Origin: an uncultured Acidobacteriota bacterium
GTDB taxonomy: Bacteria; Acidobacteriota; Vicinamibacteria; Vicinamibacterales; CAVPJW01
Assembly: GCA_963705525.1 (NCBI GenBank)
Contig: CAVPJW010000003.1
Span: 339,976-403,975, forward strand
DNA length: 64,000 nucleotides
Direction: 5' to 3'
Below, in pieces: positions 62,685 to 64,000 of the stretch; the first letter of the stretch is position 1, and each line of letters begins with the position of its first letter. The notes below the pieces were generated by a model. It saw nothing but the letters and a program-made list of their open reading frames with translations, was not told where the DNA came from and searched no databases. A program made the translations under genes and the position numbers.

Positions 62685-63881
62685 ATGGCCAAATATCTCG
62701 ACTCTGTGCCCTTCTCGGGAATCATCCGTATCCGCGACATGATGTTCGGCCTCAAGGATCCGTATCGGCTTGATCAGGGCGACGTAAGCTTCGATGCGCC
62801 GGACAGCGTCAAGCAGGGCATGGTCAAGGCCATCGCCGACAACAAGACCCACTACGTGCAGACGACCGGGATACCCCGCCTGCTCGATCTCCTCGTCGAG
62901 AAGCTGCGAGCCACCAATCGCATTCCAGTTGCCGGGCCCGATGACGTGATGGTCACCAACGGCGGGATTCAGGGTCTCTACATGACCTGCCAGGCCCTGC
63001 TCGAAGAAGGCGACGAGGTCATCGTGCCCGATCCTGAGTGGCCGCCGTGCATGGGGAACGTCCTCGCCGCGCATGCCGTTCCGGTGCCGTGCCCGCTTCG
63101 CGAGTCGCTCGGCTGGCGCTACGACCTCGAAGAGCTGCGATCCAAGATCACGCCGCGAACGCGCGCCATCTACATCAACACACCGCACAACCCGACGGGT
63201 GGCGTGCTGACGCGCTCAGACATCGAGGCCATCGCCGAGATGGCCATGCGTCACAACCTGATGGTGATCGCAGACGAGGCCTATGAGGATGTCGTGTACG
63301 ACGGCGCCGAGCACCTGAGCATCGCGTCGCTGCCCGGCATGCACGAGCGGACGATCTCCCTCTACACCTTCAGCAAGTCGTTCGCGATGACCGGACTGCG
63401 TCTGGGTTACATGTCGGCCACGGATCCGGTGTTCCGAGAGCGAGCCAAGAAGATTCTCTTCTACACGGCGAGCAACATCTCATCGGTCGTGCAGTGGGGA
63501 GGAGTCGGCGGTCTCGAAGGCCCGCAGGACTCGATTGCGGCATTCCGCACCGAGCTCCAGGCTCGCCGCGATCTCTTCTACAAGGGCATCGAAGAGCTGG
63601 GCGGCGATGTCCTGACCGGTCACAAGCCGAAAGGCGCCTTTTACGCCTTTCTCAAGGTCAACCCAGACTGGCGCCCGCCGGGCGCATCGACGGATCCGTC
63701 CGCGTCGCCGTCGTGGCAGATGGCCGAGTATCTGATCAAGCAGGGAAGGATTGGCTGCGTGCCCGGAGCCGACTTCGGCAGGAACGGCGAAGGATTCGTC
63801 CGCTTCTGTTTCGCGCGCGAACGCCGCGAACTCACCGGGGCGCTCGAGTCGATGCGGGCAATCTTCGGCGTAACGGTGTAG
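62685..63881 (+). CDS. PLP-dependent aminotransferase (aspartate/aromatic class I)
   Basis: INTPHNPTGGVL, the YTFSKSFAMTGLRLGY Lys motif, and VRFCFA. Confidence 0.9.
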   Translation: MAKYLDSVPFSGIIRIRDMMFGLKDPYRLDQGDVSFDAPDSVKQGMVKAIADNKTHYVQTTGIPRLLDLLVEKLRATNRIPVAGPDDVMVTNGGIQGLYMTCQALLEEGDEVIVPDPEWPPCMGNVLAAHAVPVPCPLRESLGWRYDLEELRSKITPRTRAIYINTPHNPTGGVLTRSDIEAIAEMAMRHNLMVIADEAYEDVVYDGAEHLSIASLPGMHERTISLYTFSKSFAMTGLRLGYMSATDPVFRERAKKILFYTASNISSVVQWGGVGGLEGPQDSIAAFRTELQARRDLFYKGIEELGGDVLTGHKPKGAFYAFLKVNPDWRPPGASTDPSASPSWQMAEYLIKQGRIGCVPGADFGRNGEGFVRFCFARERRELTGALESMRAIFGVTV

Positions 63882-63886
63882 AAGGC

Positions 63887-63963
63887 AGGCTTCGGGCTAC
63901 AGGCTTCAGGCTCCGAAGCGCAAACCTAGTAGCCTGACGCCCGGAGCCAGAAGCCTGAAGCCT
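63887..63963. repeat. heptamer-repeat hairpin between convergent genes
   Basis: The left arm is AGGCTTC GGGCTAC AGGCTTC AGGCTCC. The right arm GGAGCCAGAAGCCTGAAGCCT is its imperfect complement (12 bp plus 6 bp readable). Confidence 0.55.
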
Positions 63964-64000
63964 ATTTGAGATGGCGGCCGCCATCGACGCGGATGATCTC
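63962..64000 (-). CDS. 3' end of a minus-strand gene (...EIIRVDGGRHLK*), possibly a short-chain dehydrogenase
   Basis: Only 12 codons are visible. The 'VDGG' C-terminal pattern is common in SDRs. Confidence 0.2.
   Translation of the reverse strand, partial: EIIRVDGGRHLK

Noticed and set aside
1-64000. Search for tRNA, rRNA or tmRNA genes, transposases, integrases, prophage genes, toxin-antitoxin pairs and known defence-system genes.
   Set aside because: None recognised. No T-loop or anticodon-arm patterns, no DDE or tyrosine-recombinase motifs, and no terminal inverted repeats were seen. All sizeable ORFs are accounted for by metabolic, hydrolase or regulatory families.

Overview
High-GC (roughly 65%, judged by eye) bacterial chromosomal window, densely coding on both strands, with about 50 protein genes. 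I recognised no rRNA, tRNA, CRISPR array, transposase, integrase or phage genes. All product calls come from reading motifs in the supplied translations and my own translations; no database search was run. The gene content includes many signal-peptide-bearing amidohydrolase, MBL and peptidase genes, a PEGA-domain pseudokinase, DinB and a LytS/LytTR pair. This fits a soil Acidobacteriota- or Gemmatimonadota-like organism, which is inference only.

Main blocks:
- asd-lysC-hom-thrC operon (454-5437, minus strand).
- A co-directional run of secreted hydrolase and oxidase genes (10626-17014, minus strand).
- A ribose-type ABC transporter (18724-22254).
- A LytS/LytTR two-component pair (25145-27039).
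- polA and pcnB.
- DUF1015-serA-serC (35420-38998).
- A pseudokinase-PEGA plus TPR/TonB_C pair (39835-43013).
- leuCD, a LysR regulator and leuAB (44889-50245).
- A malQ, aminotransferase, HEAT-cyclophilin and M49 peptidase run (50273-57240).
- DPP4-like S9 peptidase.
- MTHFR-like gene.
- Aminotransferase.

Most interesting observations:
1. A candidate Thr/Ile/Met-codon leader-peptide attenuator sits directly in front of asd-lysC-hom-thrC. It has a promoter, a short Thr-rich ORF, mutually exclusive pairings, and a perfect terminator that ends 14 nt before the asd ATG.
2. An AhpD-like (peroxidase-related) gene has an in-frame TGA exactly at the second Cys of its CxxC motif, followed by a hairpin. 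It is a selenocysteine candidate, embedded in the secreted hydrolase/oxidase cluster.
3. A family of heptanucleotide tandem repeats (GTTCTTA, GGTTCTT, AGGCTTC and similar) occupies at least five intergenic sites. Two of them form long hairpins between convergent genes.
4. Three genes (leuA, an amidohydrolase, a lactonase-like MBL) each carry one extra base. There is also one multiply decayed alpha/beta-hydrolase remnant.
5. Several genes have a -10-like hexamer 6-8 nt upstream of the start codon and no Shine-Dalgarno sequence, which suggests leaderless mRNAs.
6. A beta-CASP MBL gene has a conserved N-terminus that lies upstream of any canonical start codon.
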